A stretch of 64,000 bases of DNA, from positions 77,314,001-77,378,000 of the forward strand of contig OX597821.1 of NCBI GenBank assembly GCA_951406725.2, written 5' to 3'. A program made the translations under genes and the position numbers. The notes beneath the pieces were generated by a model. That model did not search any database. It had not been told where the DNA came from and saw nothing but the letters and a program-made list of their open reading frames with translations. Positions 41,898 to 57,171 of this stretch are shown here, piece by piece (positions within the stretch are counted from its first letter, which is position 1; each line of letters starts with the position of its first letter). The stretch comes from Octopus vulgaris. Taxonomy: Eukaryota.

Positions 41898-42083
41898 GAG
41901 AGGGAGAGAGAGGGGCTAGTAATGCAAGTAAACACAATTAGACTTGATTCACACACATACACATAAACACATATGCATACATATATATGTATATATATAT
42001 ATGTATATATATATATATGTACATATATACATATATATATATATATACATATATATATGTGTGTGTGTGTGTGTGTACATATC

Positions 42084-42122
<39 letters not shown>

Positions 42123-42127
<5 letters not shown>

Positions 42128-42313
42128 ATCTAAACATGAAAACACAAAGAGAAAACACAACAACGCAAGGATGTGGAACAAATATAGTATTATTGGACGC
42201 TCAGGAAGGAAGGGAAGAAGGAGAGATTAACGTTTCGAGCGGAGCTCTTCGTCAGAAACATAGGAAAAGGAAAGATCCAGAGAAGGGAATACAGAGGAAA
42301 AAAATCGCCAACG

Positions 42314-42316
<3 letters not shown>
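42123..42316 (-). mobile_element. Penelope-like terminal remnant with a minimal hammerhead at 42225-42259
   Basis: Minus strand CTGACGA-aGAGC-tcc-GCTC-GAAAC-GTT; TA flanks. Confidence 0.72.
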
Positions 42317-42377
<61 letters not shown>

Positions 42378-43810
42378 GCATGTATATAAACATTCATAAA
42401 ACATTTATATGTATGCATGTATGTATGTATGTATGGATTTTTCGGCAATGGATATGTGATATTTTAATGTGTTGACATCATTTAGGACTTAGTGACTGTC
42501 ACATCAAAGGAATACTTTTACCAATGGCTGCAATATTTCTGATACCGTCTCCAATTGTCGTGAAATCATTCTTCCTGTTTATGAGGTAAAAATGTCAATG
42601 GAATTTCATTTATGCTAATAGTCTTAAACCCGGATAAAGTGTTATTCTGCTTCTGTTTTAGTACTTTTTTACGAGTTTATTTCTGTCTAACAACGTTAAT
42701 TAAGACGACTGACACCGTTTAATTGCAATTTTCTTTTATTTTTAAATTTTTGTTTTCTATTTTTTTCCTCTGTGTTTAGCCTTACAGCTGTTCCGATGTC
42801 AGTCCCAAGCCCGGATGTAGAAGCAGGAGGTTTATGCGTCAGATTAGCAACCGGGCTTTGTAAAAATATCGAGAATCCCTAAAGAAACGGCAGGAAAGTT
42901 CCACAAGAACTATCAATACGAGGAGCAAGGGGATGGACAAATGCTCCTTATAAAGGGCCCTAAGGAAAACCGAAATAATGTTAGAACTACGAAGTGCCCA
43001 TTTCCATGGGTTAATTTTTTTGTTGCATAATGCGCTGAACGCCTTAGGAGGGTCTACAGTTAAATCTTGAGCCCTAGCCCTAGGACAAATTAAGGCTTTT
43101 AGCCGGGTTTTATGGCGTGCACGTGACCAAGATTATAATATTCCCCTCGAATAGAATCTCCAATCTGTTGCAGAGTTATCCATTCAGAATCGAGTGAGTG
43201 GGGACAACGGGAAAAGCCAAAGAATGCAACACACCACAAGCTCTGGGTTTCGAAACCAAACTTTAATGATTACGTGTGCAGCACCCTAACCGCTTGGCTA
43301 AGTGCCTTCACTTCAATTCATTTGGTGCCATGTTTTTTCAACGACTGTGTAGGAGTTTTTCCTTTATTTGTTTTCTTTTTAGTGGAGGAATCTGCCGCTC
43401 CACCCTTCGCTGCGGTTAATTGAAGATCATCACAGAATCAGCACCAAACTATATCACTTACGACAAAAAGTCGTGTAAATGACTCTGTTTAACTCAGATG
43501 CTAGATGCAAAAAGACATTGCAAAATGATTCAATAAGAAGAATATTTTACAATACATACAGCAGGATACAGACAGAATTTGCATATTGCGGAGCCTTTTT
43601 TTCCCTTTCCCCAGTTGATCCAACGTACATATCACAGAACCCTTTCTTAATTGATCCAGCATACATATCACAAGGCCTTTCACTAATTGATCCACCTGGT
43701 GCCAGGCGATCTGGTCAATTACTTGACTTTATCTTTAGTTGCTTCCTGACCACTTTTCCCCCTCTTTCTGCAGAATACCAACTCACTCAGCGCTTCTAAG
43801 TCTGTTTGCA

Positions 43811-43915
<105 letters not shown>

Positions 43916-43992
43916 TGTATGTATGTATGTATGTATGTATGTATGTATGTATGTATGTATGTATGTATGTATGTATGTATGTATGTATGTAC

Positions 43993-44023
<31 letters not shown>

Positions 44024-44810
44024 CCCACTTCGGTCATGAATGATTATGAGATTGCACCCGGAAAATTACCCTCCGAGGCACATGTTCGGCCAAGATTGTT
44101 TACGGAACACCAGCAGTCATCCAGGCATACCAGCCTCCCCTTTCCACACCACCGATGTTATCCAAGGGAAATGAAAAGGGCCAATACAGCTTGGTATCAG
44201 TGACGTCGATGGGATACTCGACCTGATGAAAATTCTAACTGGGCCCCACTGCAAAGTCATGAACTGTTTATCTTGATATGAGATCGCCGTGTCACGCACA
44301 TATGGTTGTGATGCATGTGCCCGCTGTACCCTTATCAGACGGGTAATCATGATGGGTATACTGGGCTTCGTATATTTTACCCCAGTGTCACTTTGATGGC
44401 ATGCACTGTTCTCTTACTCAATAAAAAGGAGGAGGAGAAGAAGAAGAAGAAGAAGAAGAAGAAGAAGAAGAAGAAGAAGAAGAAGAAGAAGAAGAAGAAG
44501 AAGAAGAAGAAGAAGAAGAAGAAGAAGAAGAAAAATCTGGGAAGTAATAGATAACTGAAAACAACGGATAGCATGGCTGCAGGTAGCAAACCCGCTACGC
44601 AAGCAAGCCTCCAAGACTTCCAACGGCTCCATCTAAGAATATCTGAAGACGGAATATTATTCCGAAATATCATATCAGACTATGGATGACTAAATTACCA
44701 ACAGGTATATAGCCCAATGTCTGTATTATAGTGCATTGTTGTACCATTCAAAACTTTTCATTCTTTACAAATAACACACAATGCTTCAAGCGAACTACCA
44801 TGCTCTCCGA

Positions 44811-44892
<82 letters not shown>

Positions 44893-44928
44893 GTAATAAT
44901 AATAACAATAATAATAATGATAATAAAA

Positions 44929-45073
<145 letters not shown>

Positions 45074-45289
45074 GTAATAATAATAATAATAATAATAATT
45101 TCATTTATTTGCCACAAGGGCGAAGGATGAGGGGGACAATACAGAGACAGGTAAAAAGTGTAGGGGTTTACATATAATAATGAAATGATAGAAAAAGGTA
45201 AGTATAGACGTTATACACTGAAAAAGGGACATACAAAGGTGAAAGAAAAAAGAAAAAATATTTCTCTAAAAGAAACGGAGAAACTTTCA

Positions 45290-45446
45290 GAAAATAACAC
45301 TACTAAGCACTCCATACATCCTACATAAAGTACTTTCAATACAGTGAAAATAATAACACTACAACAGACGACAGCACACACCCAATGCACACAAAGCAGC
45401 GCTCGGTAGCGCAGTGAAAGCACGTGATAAGAATAAGACTACTGAA
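45290..45446 (+). mobile_element. Dong-like 3' end remnant (second copy at 47690-47845)
   Basis: Matches 38590-38737; followed by (TAA)n. Confidence 0.8.
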
Positions 45447-45466
45447 TAATAATAACAGTAATAGTG

Positions 45467-45558
<92 letters not shown>

Positions 45559-45714
45559 GATGATGATGATGTTAGAATGTGAATGTTAAAAACTGGCTAA
45601 TATATACGGCAGCTAATTTGGGAGCCTCACAAAGCATTATTACCGGCATTTTCTGCCGATTAAATAAAAGGAGGGAAATATTTGCTCATCCAAACGAAGT
45701 CCAAGAACTCATTT

Positions 45715-45850
45715 CTACAGCTGAGTGAACTGGAGCAACGTGAAATAAAGTGTCTTGCTCAAGAACACAACATGCAGCCCGGTCCGGGAATCGAACTCAC
45801 AACCTCCCGATCGTAAGCTCGACGCTCTAAACACTGAGCCGTGCGCCTTC
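45715..45850 (-). mobile_element. SINE C/D head fragment
   Basis: AAATAAAGTGTCTTGCTCAAGAACACAAC...GGGAATCGAACTC. Confidence 0.8.
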
Positions 45851-45926
45851 ACACACACACACAGGCAAGCGCGCACGCACTGGCACACACACACACAGGC
45901 ACGCACACGCGCAGTGGCACACACAC

Positions 45927-45973
<47 letters not shown>

Positions 45974-46214
45974 GACACACACACACATATAAATAGTTTT
46001 GCATCGACTATTTCCTGTTCATTGATATATAATTTCAGATTAATATAAATAATAGATTCTGTATGGGGATAAGAGAGAACCGAAATGTTCGGCCAGCCTA
46101 ATTAAAGCAATTAATTTTAAAAAATAGCAATTAATCTTCCAGCAAACTGTGATATTAATTTTTTGTCTTTTATTCTTTAATTTTATTCTATTGTAGCATT
46201 AATTATTATATATT

Positions 46215-46275
<61 letters not shown>

Positions 46276-46290
46276 ATATATATATATATA

Positions 46291-46321
<31 letters not shown>

Positions 46322-46477
46322 GTGTGTATGTATATATATATATATATATACATGTATATATATATGAATATATATATATGTGTGTATACATATGTATATA
46401 TATACATACCTATATATATATATATATATACATACCTATATATATATATATATATATGAATATATACATATGTACAC

Positions 46478-46555
<78 letters not shown>

Positions 46556-46643
46556 AATGTTTGTTATAATAAAAAAGCAATTTTACATTACTCTGTACTT
46601 TTGTAGAGTACAAATTTATTTCTATATATATATATATTATCGA

Positions 46644-46725
46644 CAGTGACTTCGAGGTTTCGTCCATTTAAGGCATCGTCGGAAGTCCGACGATGGCTCA
46701 ACTGGCCGAAACTTCGAAATCACTG
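46644..46725. repeat. Fold-back of two degenerate hammerhead halves
   Basis: GTTTCG...TCGTCGG-aagt-CCGACGA...CGAAAC. Confidence 0.55.
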
Positions 46726-46945
46726 GCAGTGACATCTTTATTTAAGAATAATGAATACTTAAAACTCAAAAACCAAGTTACAAGAACCGTTTTGCTTTTT
46801 GTTTTTGTTTTCCACTCGTGTGTTTAGTAGATATATTTTTCATAATATCTGAATTTGATTTTAAAAAATAAAACAAAATAGGTAAAATATAGTAAGCTAT
46901 AACTGCAAAATATATTCTTTATAATATTTAAACTAAGACTATATT

Positions 46946-47003
<58 letters not shown>

Positions 47004-47462
47004 TGTCTTGGTATAAAATATGAGCTACAGCAAATATTCTGCTCAATACCACAGATTTGCTTGCCAGTTGTTTGACCTTAACCAGTTGAGCATGTCCCTT
47101 AGTGGCTGACAATATGGGCATCTCTGATCACGAGCAGAAGTAGTGGGGGAGCATCATAGCCATGTGTTGAGAGGGATTCTTTGGGGTTTGAATAATTCAC
47201 CTCTGGAAACATGGGTGTTTCGTTCAACGTTCTTAAACAATCTTTATTCAGGGACCTTTTGAGCGGGATGGGCTACTCGACCAGAAGAAAATTCTAACTG
47301 GGTCTCACCTGCAAGGGTCATGCGATGTTAATATTGATATAAGATCACCACGTCGCGCACATATGGTTGTGATGTATGTGCCTGGTGTACCCTTATCAGA
47401 CGAGTGGGTTTCATATATTTTACCCGTGTCACTTTGATGGCATGCACTGCTCTGTCACTCAA
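47004..47462 (-). mobile_element. (TAA)n-embedded non-coding repeat family (partial copy at 44212-44422)
   Basis: Shared sequence with 38825-39075 and 44212-44422; bounded by (AAT)n. Confidence 0.75.
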
Positions 47463-47863
47463 TAATAATAACAATAATAATATCATTTATTTGCCACAAG
47501 GGCGAAGGATGAGGAGGACAATACAGAGACAGACATAAAGTGTGGGGGTTTACATATAATAATGAAATGATAAAAAAAAGGTAAGTATACACGTTATACA
47601 CTGAAAAAGAAGGGACATATGCAAATAGCATACAAAGGTAAAAAAAAAAGAAAAATTATTTCTCTAAAAAAAACGGAGAAACTTTCAGAAAATAACACTG
47701 CTAGGCACCGCACACATCCTACGTAAAGCACTTTCAATACAGTGAAAATAAGACCACTACAACAGACCACAGCACATACCCAAGGCATACAGAGCTGCGC
47801 TCGGTAGTGAAGTGAAAGTGCTTGATAAGAATAACACTACTGAATAATAATAACAGTAATAGC

Positions 47864-47901
<38 letters not shown>

Positions 47902-47935
47902 CAACAAAAACAATAACAACAACAGCAATAATAAA

Positions 47936-47987
<52 letters not shown>

Positions 47988-48212
47988 TTAATAATAATAA
48001 TAATAATAATAATAACAACAATAATAATAACAATAATAATAATAGTAGCAAAAAAGAAAAGAAGAGTGCCATTGTTATCAAGCGAACACGGGTTCAAAAG
48101 ATAAACTTGTCAATCTACTTCATTTTTGGTAATATTTTATAGGATTGAGGTAACACCTACTGCAGAAGTTATCTCAATCCTAATAACAATAACAATAATA
48201 ATAATAATTATG

Positions 48213-48261
<49 letters not shown>

Positions 48262-48743
48262 CAACAATAATAATAATAATAATAAAAATGATGATGATGA
48301 TGATGATGGTGTTAGAATTTGAATGTTAAAAACTGGCAGCTAATTTGGGAGCATCACAAAGCATTATTACCTGCATTTTCTGTCAATTAAATAAAAGGAG
48401 AGAAATATTTGTTCATCCAAACGAAGTCCAAGAAGATTTTTATGTTAAAAGAACTGTGAGATGATTATTATTAGTAGTAGTAGCTCTTGGCAGCGTTGGC
48501 TGCTACTGCTGCTGTTACTACTATTATTAGAAATATTGTTGTTGTTGTTGTTGTTACTGCTGCTCGTGTTCATAACGTTGTTGGGTGATATTGATTCCAA
48601 CGAATTTCGTAAGGTACCCTATGTAAAGAAATGACACACCCCCACAGCAAGACGCCCCAGGTGACTTGTACTTTAACCCTGCGCCGACCAGTATCGTTCG
48701 AGTGAATATGGTTTCGGAGACTGTATGGAAGCCTGTCGTAGAC

Positions 48744-48798
<55 letters not shown>

Positions 48799-49018
48799 TT
48801 GCTTGACCGCATACCGAAAAGTTGGACAGTCAAGAATGCTTATTTCTGGTATGCGGTCAAGCAACCTGTTTGCCTGTCCCTTTTTCTTATATACAATATA
48901 TATACTGAACTTTACAGAAGTTCCTGCCGGTAATCGGCTATATTTACATACCGAATTCTACCAGTAAATAATTGGGGTTTTTTTAAAAGCCTTTATAGAA
49001 ATTATTTACTCTTATTAT

Positions 49019-49086
<68 letters not shown>

Positions 49087-49088
<2 letters not shown>

Positions 49089-49402
49089 CGGAGATGTACT
49101 TGCATAGCGAGTGACTTGATCTGAGATCGTGTGCTGGAACGAAAACAATTGCAGCGTGGAAGGTGTTTATAAGCCGTTTAAGAAACACACAAAAACCGTT
49201 AGATTCACTTGAACATTTAAATTTAATTTATGAAAATATTTTCGTCGCTTTGAGACCGCGACCTGCAGCACGGAGTTTTGTCAGTGAATAGGTCTCGGTC
49301 TCAAAGCGACGAAAATATTTTGACAAATTAAATTTAAATGAAGGGAATCTAACGGTTTTTGTGTGTTTCTTAAATGGCTTATAAACACCTCCCAAGCTGC
49401 AA
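49087..49402. repeat. (TA)n-embedded element with ~115-bp inverted arms (49149-49264 / 49290-49402); family copy at 57170-57390
   Basis: Direct reverse-complement match. Confidence 0.85.
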
Positions 49403-49495
<93 letters not shown>

Positions 49496-49770
49496 TATAC
49501 ACATGTATATTTATGTATATATATACATATATACATATACACATCTATATTTATGTATATATATATATATATATATATAAATACACACACACATTTTTTT
49601 CTCTCCTCGTTTCTCTCCTTGTTTTTTTTCTGTGTCCCTTTCTGTAGAAGAGCGTAGGCTTGAAATGTAAAAGACTTTTCAATTCCTGAGCGTTATACTA
49701 ATACATCTGTTTGTTTTCTACACCACCTGTCTTCGTCTTTTGTTTTTTTTTCGTGAACTCTCGCTATATG

Positions 49771-49838
<68 letters not shown>

Positions 49839-50482
49839 ATATGTATGTATATATGTATGTGTGAACGTATATGTATGTTTGTGTGTGTATGTATGTATAT
49901 ATATATGTGAATATGTATGTATATGTATGTTTGTGTGTGTACGTGTGTGCGTGTGTGTGTATGTATGTGTGTGTGTATGTTCTTCCGCTGCTTGACATCC
50001 AGTAACTTAGCAGTTAGGAAAAGCAGACTGTACCATACTTTGAATACATATATATATATATAAGCAGAATTTGTACCATACTTTGATTACATATATATAT
50101 ATATAAGTAATGGGGGTCGATTTGTTCGACTCAACCCTTTAAGGTAGTGCCCCCGAAGGGCCGCGGTCTAATGAATCAATCAAGTAAAAGAACTGAGTAG
50201 AACTACCGTCACTCAAGGTGGACAAAGAATTAGTCAATCCAGTGTACCTCCACAATTGCTGGCCATTCTTCTCCATTTTCAAAGCTTAGAGCGGCCGCAG
50301 GATAAGGTAAAGGACAGGACACTTGCTCACAATGCCAACAATGGGTTTCCGAACCCAAGAACTCATTGTTTTGAAGTGGACAGCTTAACCTGCGAAAAAT
50401 TGTTATTTTAATATTTTATATACGCGTTTGTATGGTTATGCATATATGTATATGCGTGTGAGTATACGTAGATAGATAGATA

Positions 50483-50576
<94 letters not shown>

Positions 50577-50591
50577 GATAGATAGATAAAT

Positions 50592-50625
<34 letters not shown>

Positions 50626-51110
50626 CCAGATAGGCAGGCAGACAGACTGACTGACTGACTGATATATACATAAATCATACATACATACATCCATACATAC
50701 ATATTGAGAGAGGTAGCAAGAGAGCCAGGCAGGCAGATATGATAGATATAAGGATCTACACAGAGAGCACGAAACGTGGGGTGTGGGGATAGATAGAAGG
50801 CGGGTGGGCTGTAGTGGATGAATAGAAGACATGAGATGGAGTTGCGGAGGAGGGTGATGAGGGGAGGAAGTGGAGGATGAAGAATGATCCGTCTCAGAGA
50901 AACAGAAGTACCGATGATACAAGCACAATACAAGACAAGGCAATGTTGGTGTGGGGGGAGAGGGTGCTTGACGAGGCGAGGGTGTGATGGGTGGTGCTGG
51001 GTGGGTGAGGGTACGGATGGGAGCGAAAGAACCAACTTGCCACAAATTCACGCACGTTCGCACAAACAAGCATACGCGCATACAAACACACATATACACA
51101 TCTGTGTGTG

Positions 51111-51147
<37 letters not shown>

Positions 51148-51206
51148 GCATATATATATATTATATTCATATATGACAATATGACAATCTGTCTATATGA
51201 ATGTAC

Positions 51207-51267
<61 letters not shown>

Positions 51268-51298
51268 CATACATACATATAGATGTATATAAAACTAC

Positions 51299-51329
<31 letters not shown>

Positions 51330-51369
51330 TATATATGTATGCATATATATATGTATGTATATATAAAAC

Positions 51370-51427
<58 letters not shown>

Positions 51428-51565
51428 TGAAAAAAACGAATAAGAGGCAAAGAATAATTAGATTATCAAAGGGGAAGAGTAGAAGGATATCATGCCAGAG
51501 AGAAAGGGTGGGAGGCAGCATGAAGATGGAGATGAGTCTAGTGAGGTCATATTGAAACAATGCAC

Positions 51566-51625
<60 letters not shown>

Positions 51626-51731
51626 TTTAGTGGTGGGTTAACAAGTTTACCAATGGTTTCATGTAAGTAGCAATCTCTAAACGATTATCAAGCCTGTCAC
51701 ATGGGAACATTGGCACTCTCCATTTTCGATG

Positions 51732-51833
<102 letters not shown>

Positions 51834-52029
51834 TAAGTAGTTGAATGAATTATCCTAGTATGGATAATTCGGTTAACCGATACCCGGGTAGCAAATTTAC
51901 GTCAGAAAGCACGGTTGAAGCTACATGCCAAGGGCAGAAATCACGTGCTTTCGTGTGGAAATTTGTGTTTTTTTACTATAGATAAATGAAAGAATGGAGT
52001 CGAACGGCGATTTAACAAAATTCCTTTAT

Positions 52030-52110
52030 TCTCGACATATGTTTCGAAGACTACATATTCCTAATTCCGAAGGAATAAAGGGTGCATTATGCCGTCTTCT
52101 CATCAGGAAA
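52030..52110 (-). ncRNA. Hammerhead ribozyme, type I
   Basis: Minus strand tttc-CTGATGA-GAAGAC...GTCTTC-GAAAC-ATAT-GTC-gaga; GUC site at 52036-52034. Confidence 0.82.
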
Positions 52111-52178
52111 GACAAGAAACTTATGTCAGCATCATGACGAACAAAAACTTTTAGATGACTGCCCACACGGAGTCCATA

Positions 52179-52237
<59 letters not shown>

Positions 52238-52240
<3 letters not shown>

Positions 52241-52614
52241 TTGCGTCAGAAATTAATTAGCACTTCTCAAATTTCTACATTAAATAGGTTAAATCAATTA
52301 ACCTATGAGCTGTTCAAAACGTCTTACGCGATGAGAAAACTTAGTATGGTGTGATTTCGGTCCTTGCGAGGCGCTACCTATATCTATTAAACAAAGGAAG
52401 ATTTGTCTGCATCCGCACTCCAAGTTGTTGCACTGCTATGTCAACATCATAAGGCTGTAGACTCTCAAACTGCTCTGCAAACAAAGTTACGTCATCGTTC
52501 TGCGCAACAGTGAACTCGCAACAAAGCAATAGTTCGACATATGGCCACTAGGTGACAGCACATACCTTGAGTGAAGAGCAAATCAAGGGTGCTAATTAAT
52601 TTCTGACGGTAGTG
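52238..52614. mobile_element. Tc1/mariner-type MITE with TA target (duplicate at 53398-53774)
   Basis: TA|CACTTGCGTCAGAAATTAATTAGCAC ... GTGCTAATTAATTTCTGACGGTAGTG|TA. Confidence 0.85.
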
Positions 52615-52639
52615 TATATAGAAAGAGAGAGCGAGATAA

Positions 52640-52770
<131 letters not shown>

Positions 52771-52915
52771 TATAGATAGATAGATAGACAGACAGACATA
52801 CACATCTGTGCATGTTTATAGATATGTTTGTGTGTGGATGTGTGGTAGCATATATATATGTATGTATGTTCGTGAACTTTTATATATGATTCATGTATGA
52901 TTTATATGTGCATAT

Positions 52916-52992
<77 letters not shown>

Positions 52993-53188
52993 TAAGTAGT
53001 TGAATGAATTATCCTAGTATGGATAATTCGGTTAACCGATACCCGGGTAGCAAATTTACGTCAGAAAGCACGGTTGAAGCTACATGCCAAGGGCAGAAAT
53101 CACGTGCTTTCGTGTGGAAATTTGTGTTTTTTTACTATAGATAAATGAAAGAATGGAGTCGAACGGCGATTTAACAAAATTCCTTTAT

Positions 53189-53269
53189 TCTCGACATATG
53201 TTTCGAAGACTACATATTCCTAATTCCGAAGGAATAAAGGGTGCATTATGCCGTCTTCTCATCAGGAAA
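53189..53269 (-). ncRNA. Hammerhead ribozyme, identical duplicate
   Basis: Same sequence as 52030-52110. Confidence 0.82.
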
Positions 53270-53337
53270 GACAAGGAACTTATGTCAGCATCATGACGAA
53301 CAAAAACTTTTAGATGACTGCCCACACGGAGTCCATA

Positions 53338-53400
<63 letters not shown>

Positions 53401-53799
53401 TTGCGTCAGAAATTAATTAGCACTTCTCAAATTTCTACATTAAATAGGTTAAATCAATTAACCTATGAGCTGTTCAAAACGTCTTACGCGATGAGAAAAC
53501 TTAGTATGGTGTGATTTCGGTCCTTGCGAGGCGCTACCTATATCTATTAAACAAAGGAAGATTTGTCTGCATCCGCACTCCAAGTTGTTGCACTGCTATG
53601 TCAACATCATAAGGCTGTAGACTCTCAAACTGCTCTGCAAACAAAGTTACGTCATCGTTCTGCGCAACAGTGAACTCGCAACAAAGCAATAGTTCGACAT
53701 ATGGCCACTAGGTGACAGCACATACCTTGAGTGAAGAGCAAATCAAGGGTGCTAATTAATTTCTGACGGTAGTGTATATAGAAAGAGAGAGCGAGATAA

Positions 53800-53854
<55 letters not shown>

Positions 53855-53855
53855 T

Positions 53856-53930
<75 letters not shown>

Positions 53931-54047
53931 TACACATCTGTGCATGTTTATAGATATGTGTGTGTGTGGATGTGTGGTAGCATATATATATGTATGTATG
54001 TTCGTGAACTTTTATATATGATTCATGTATGATTTATATGTGCATAT

Positions 54048-54089
<42 letters not shown>

Positions 54090-54091
54090 TT

Positions 54092-54134
<43 letters not shown>

Positions 54135-54139
54135 TAATG

Positions 54140-55900
54140 TTCCTAGAAAAAAATTACTTAATACACACCACGGGTTCCGTTTAGGAAGAAGCTACCTCAT
54201 ACACCTCTTACAGCACTAAGTGCTGGGTCTCGAGACAGCTGCTTGACCATTCAGATATCAGTGTGATATATCTTGACTTTACAAATGCCTTTGATAAGGT
54301 AGACCATGGCATGATACCACAAGGTGCGAGATTTTGGCATTACTGTTAAACGGGGAGACTGGTTGCATGACTTCCTTAAAGACAAATGTCAAGCAGTTAC
54401 AGCCAATGGTGCCCTTTCTGAGGGAACTCAAATTCTAAGTGGGGTCCTCCAGGGAATTGTCCGGGGCCATTACTGTTTGTAACAGACTGCTTAGACATAT
54501 CCATGGTCACTCAGACAGTCACTGCCGATTATACAAAAGTATCACAGACAATGAAAAATCCAGATGACATCGCAAGCTTACAGCGGGACCTGAATGCAAT
54601 GTACAATAGAGATGAAGCAAACATGCAGTTTAATGCTGGAAAATTTCAAGCACTGAGGTGTAGGAGTGGCTGTGTGGTAAGTAGCTTGCTTACGAACCAT
54701 AGGGTTCCGGGTTCAGTCCCACTGAAAAGCCTTGTGAGTGGATTTGGTAGACGGAAACTGAAAGGAGCCCGTCGTATATATGTATGTGTGTGTATATGCT
54801 TGTGTTTCTGTGTTTGTCCCCACCCTCAACATCGCTTGACAACCGATGGTGGTGTGTTTATGTCCCCGTATCTTAGCGGTTCAGCAAAAGAGACTGATGG
54901 AGTAGGTAATAGGCTTACAAAGAATAAGTTCTTGGGGTCGATTTGCTCGACTAAAGGCGGTGCTCCATCATGGCCACAGTCACATGACTGAAACAATTAA
55001 AAAAGAGTAAAGAGTACTTCACTATCAACGCACAAATGCACCGCATCCTGCTTATACAGGACCCAAAGGCACTGCAATCCCAGAGTCACAGGCAGTGAAA
55101 ACCTTGAGGATCAGTATGTGCAATGATGCATCATTTCATATGAACAATATCAAGAGGGCACCAAAGTGCAGACACCTGGCAAGATGGATCTAAGGTCCTT
55201 CAAGACAATAGATTAAGAAGTTATGTTGCCCCCGTGGAGGACCTTTGTTCTCAGCCACCTGGACTATTGCTCACATCTATGGTCTCCACATAGTGCCAAA
55301 CTAACAACGGAGCTTGAAGCGGTGCAACGGTGCCTGAAACGGTCCAATGGAGCGTGAGGTAGCCCAGCAGATGAGCTACAGGTAGACTCTGAAATAACCG
55401 CGATTTCACTCCCTGGAGCAAAGACACGACCAATATATTATAATCTACATATGGAAAATTTTAGATGGGCTAGTACCTAATTTCGGCATTGAATGATAGA
55501 GCTAGACGCCATTGTATTGTACCAAAGGTACCATCCACTCCATCTAAAATCAGAACCAAGTACTGCAATAGTCTAGGATTCAAAGGCCCACAACTCTTCA
55601 ATGCTCTGCCACAAAAATTAAGAAACCTACACAATGTAGGCGTAGATGTCTCCATAAAGGAACTAGACATCCGCCTCTCCACGGCCCGGCATGAGGTACT
55701 GACAAGGGAAGCGGAGTCAAACTCCCTCATACATGAGCCAACAGCTGGGACAAATGCACATAGAGGAGTGATGATTTGAACCCCTCTCCTAACCAGAGGA
55801 AATCAGCCGAAGGATTATAATAAGTAACGATGCAAAATCATGGTGATGCGCCAGCATGACCGCAACTGCATGGCCGAGACAAATAAAAGAATAAAAGAAT
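54140..55900 (+). mobile_element. Decayed CR1/L2-group LINE: RT domain, C-terminus and 3' tail, interrupted by a SINE-A
   Basis: HGFRLGRS, IYLDFTNAFDKVDH, SGV.QG...GPLLF, ADYTK (ADDTK) and LDYCSHLWSP; tail (ATAAAAGA)n. Confidence 0.88.
54657..55016 (+). mobile_element. SINE family A nested in the LINE
   Basis: Family A head and tail with an internal deletion. Confidence 0.9.
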
Positions 55901-55907
55901 AACTATG

Positions 55908-55968
<61 letters not shown>

Positions 55969-56477
55969 ACACAACAGTAATAGGGAAAAAGCAGGTGCTT
56001 TATAGAACATACACAAGTTTCCTCAGAATGCTGAATTAATTACATGACGGTAGTAAAAATGTTATGAAGTCATGCACTTTACCTCATCAGCGTCCAGCAA
56101 TAAAGACAAGAATCGATGTTAAATTTCAAAATACATGCATTTTCTCTCGTTATGCAAATGATCAAAAGCCTTGCGTGTGACATGAAATAGTAGGGACAAC
56201 ATCATGTTAAGGACGTCCGAACAAGCCAATGTCTCCCTCAAAACCAAATATGTGCAGCCAGAGAAAGAGATAGGGAAAGAAAGAGAAAGAGAGAGGAAAT
56301 AGAACCTATAAAACTATGAAAAAAGAGAAACAGAGAAGTAAAACGGGGACGAAGAACACTGACCAAAATCATAGCAGGGGTTCAACTCTTGTCATAACTC
56401 AGCAAGCAGTGTCTGCAAGATAGAAATACACATTCAATACGAATGATATCAAATACAAATATCAACTACTGAACCCG

Positions 56478-56537
<60 letters not shown>

Positions 56538-56549
56538 TATATTAATAAT

Positions 56550-56960
56550 AAATATTAGGGAATAAATCCAAACTTACAGGGAAAAATCAGATTTAGGATC
56601 CAATTTTATAGTAAAATATTATATTATATTAAATTAGAGACAAAACCACTATTAGGCAAATCATACAATGAAAAACCTAAGCCAATACATAAGATTATTT
56701 AATTTATATTATTTAAATATATAACAAAATTATTAAAAAAATATAATTAATATAACACTACGATCGTTTCATGGCTGTTAATTTCTTTAAATTTTCAAGT
56801 TACAGTCATTCATCAGGTGGTTTAAATATTTATCTTGGCGAGGTTTAAACAATGTTATATATTTAAATAATATAAATTAAATAATCTTATGTATTGGCTT
56901 AGGTTTTTCATTGTATAATTTGCCTAATAGTGGTTTTGTCTCTAATTTAATATAATATAT
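56550..56960 (-). mobile_element. Penelope-like terminal remnant with ~105-bp inverted arms (56621-56726 / 56853-56958)
   Basis: Reverse-complement match; terminal block CCAAACTTACAGGGAAAAA also present inverted at 59040-59080; TA flanks. Confidence 0.8.
56756..56819 (-). ncRNA. Hammerhead ribozyme, type I
   Basis: Minus strand cac-CTGATGA-ATGaCTGT...ACAGcCAT-GAAAC-GATC-GTA-gtg. Confidence 0.75.
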
Positions 56961-57121
56961 ATATATATATATATATATACGTTGTTTTTACTATTTTGCG
57001 CATTACTTCATCATTGTTATATGTTTTATGTTATATTTAATGTTTCTATAATATGTAATTTTTCTAAATGGTTTAATTTAATTTTTCATTATTGAATTGA
57101 TAAAAGGTGGGGTTTTTTCTA

Positions 57122-57171
<50 letters not shown>

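Noticed and set aside
43615-43720. ~36-bp tandem repeat inside a 106-aa ORF (DPTYISQ/DPAYISQ)
   Set aside because: Only 2-3 degenerate units, with no splice or homology support
56140-56165. Octamer ATGCAAAT site
   Set aside because: A single 8-mer is expected by chance in AT-rich DNA
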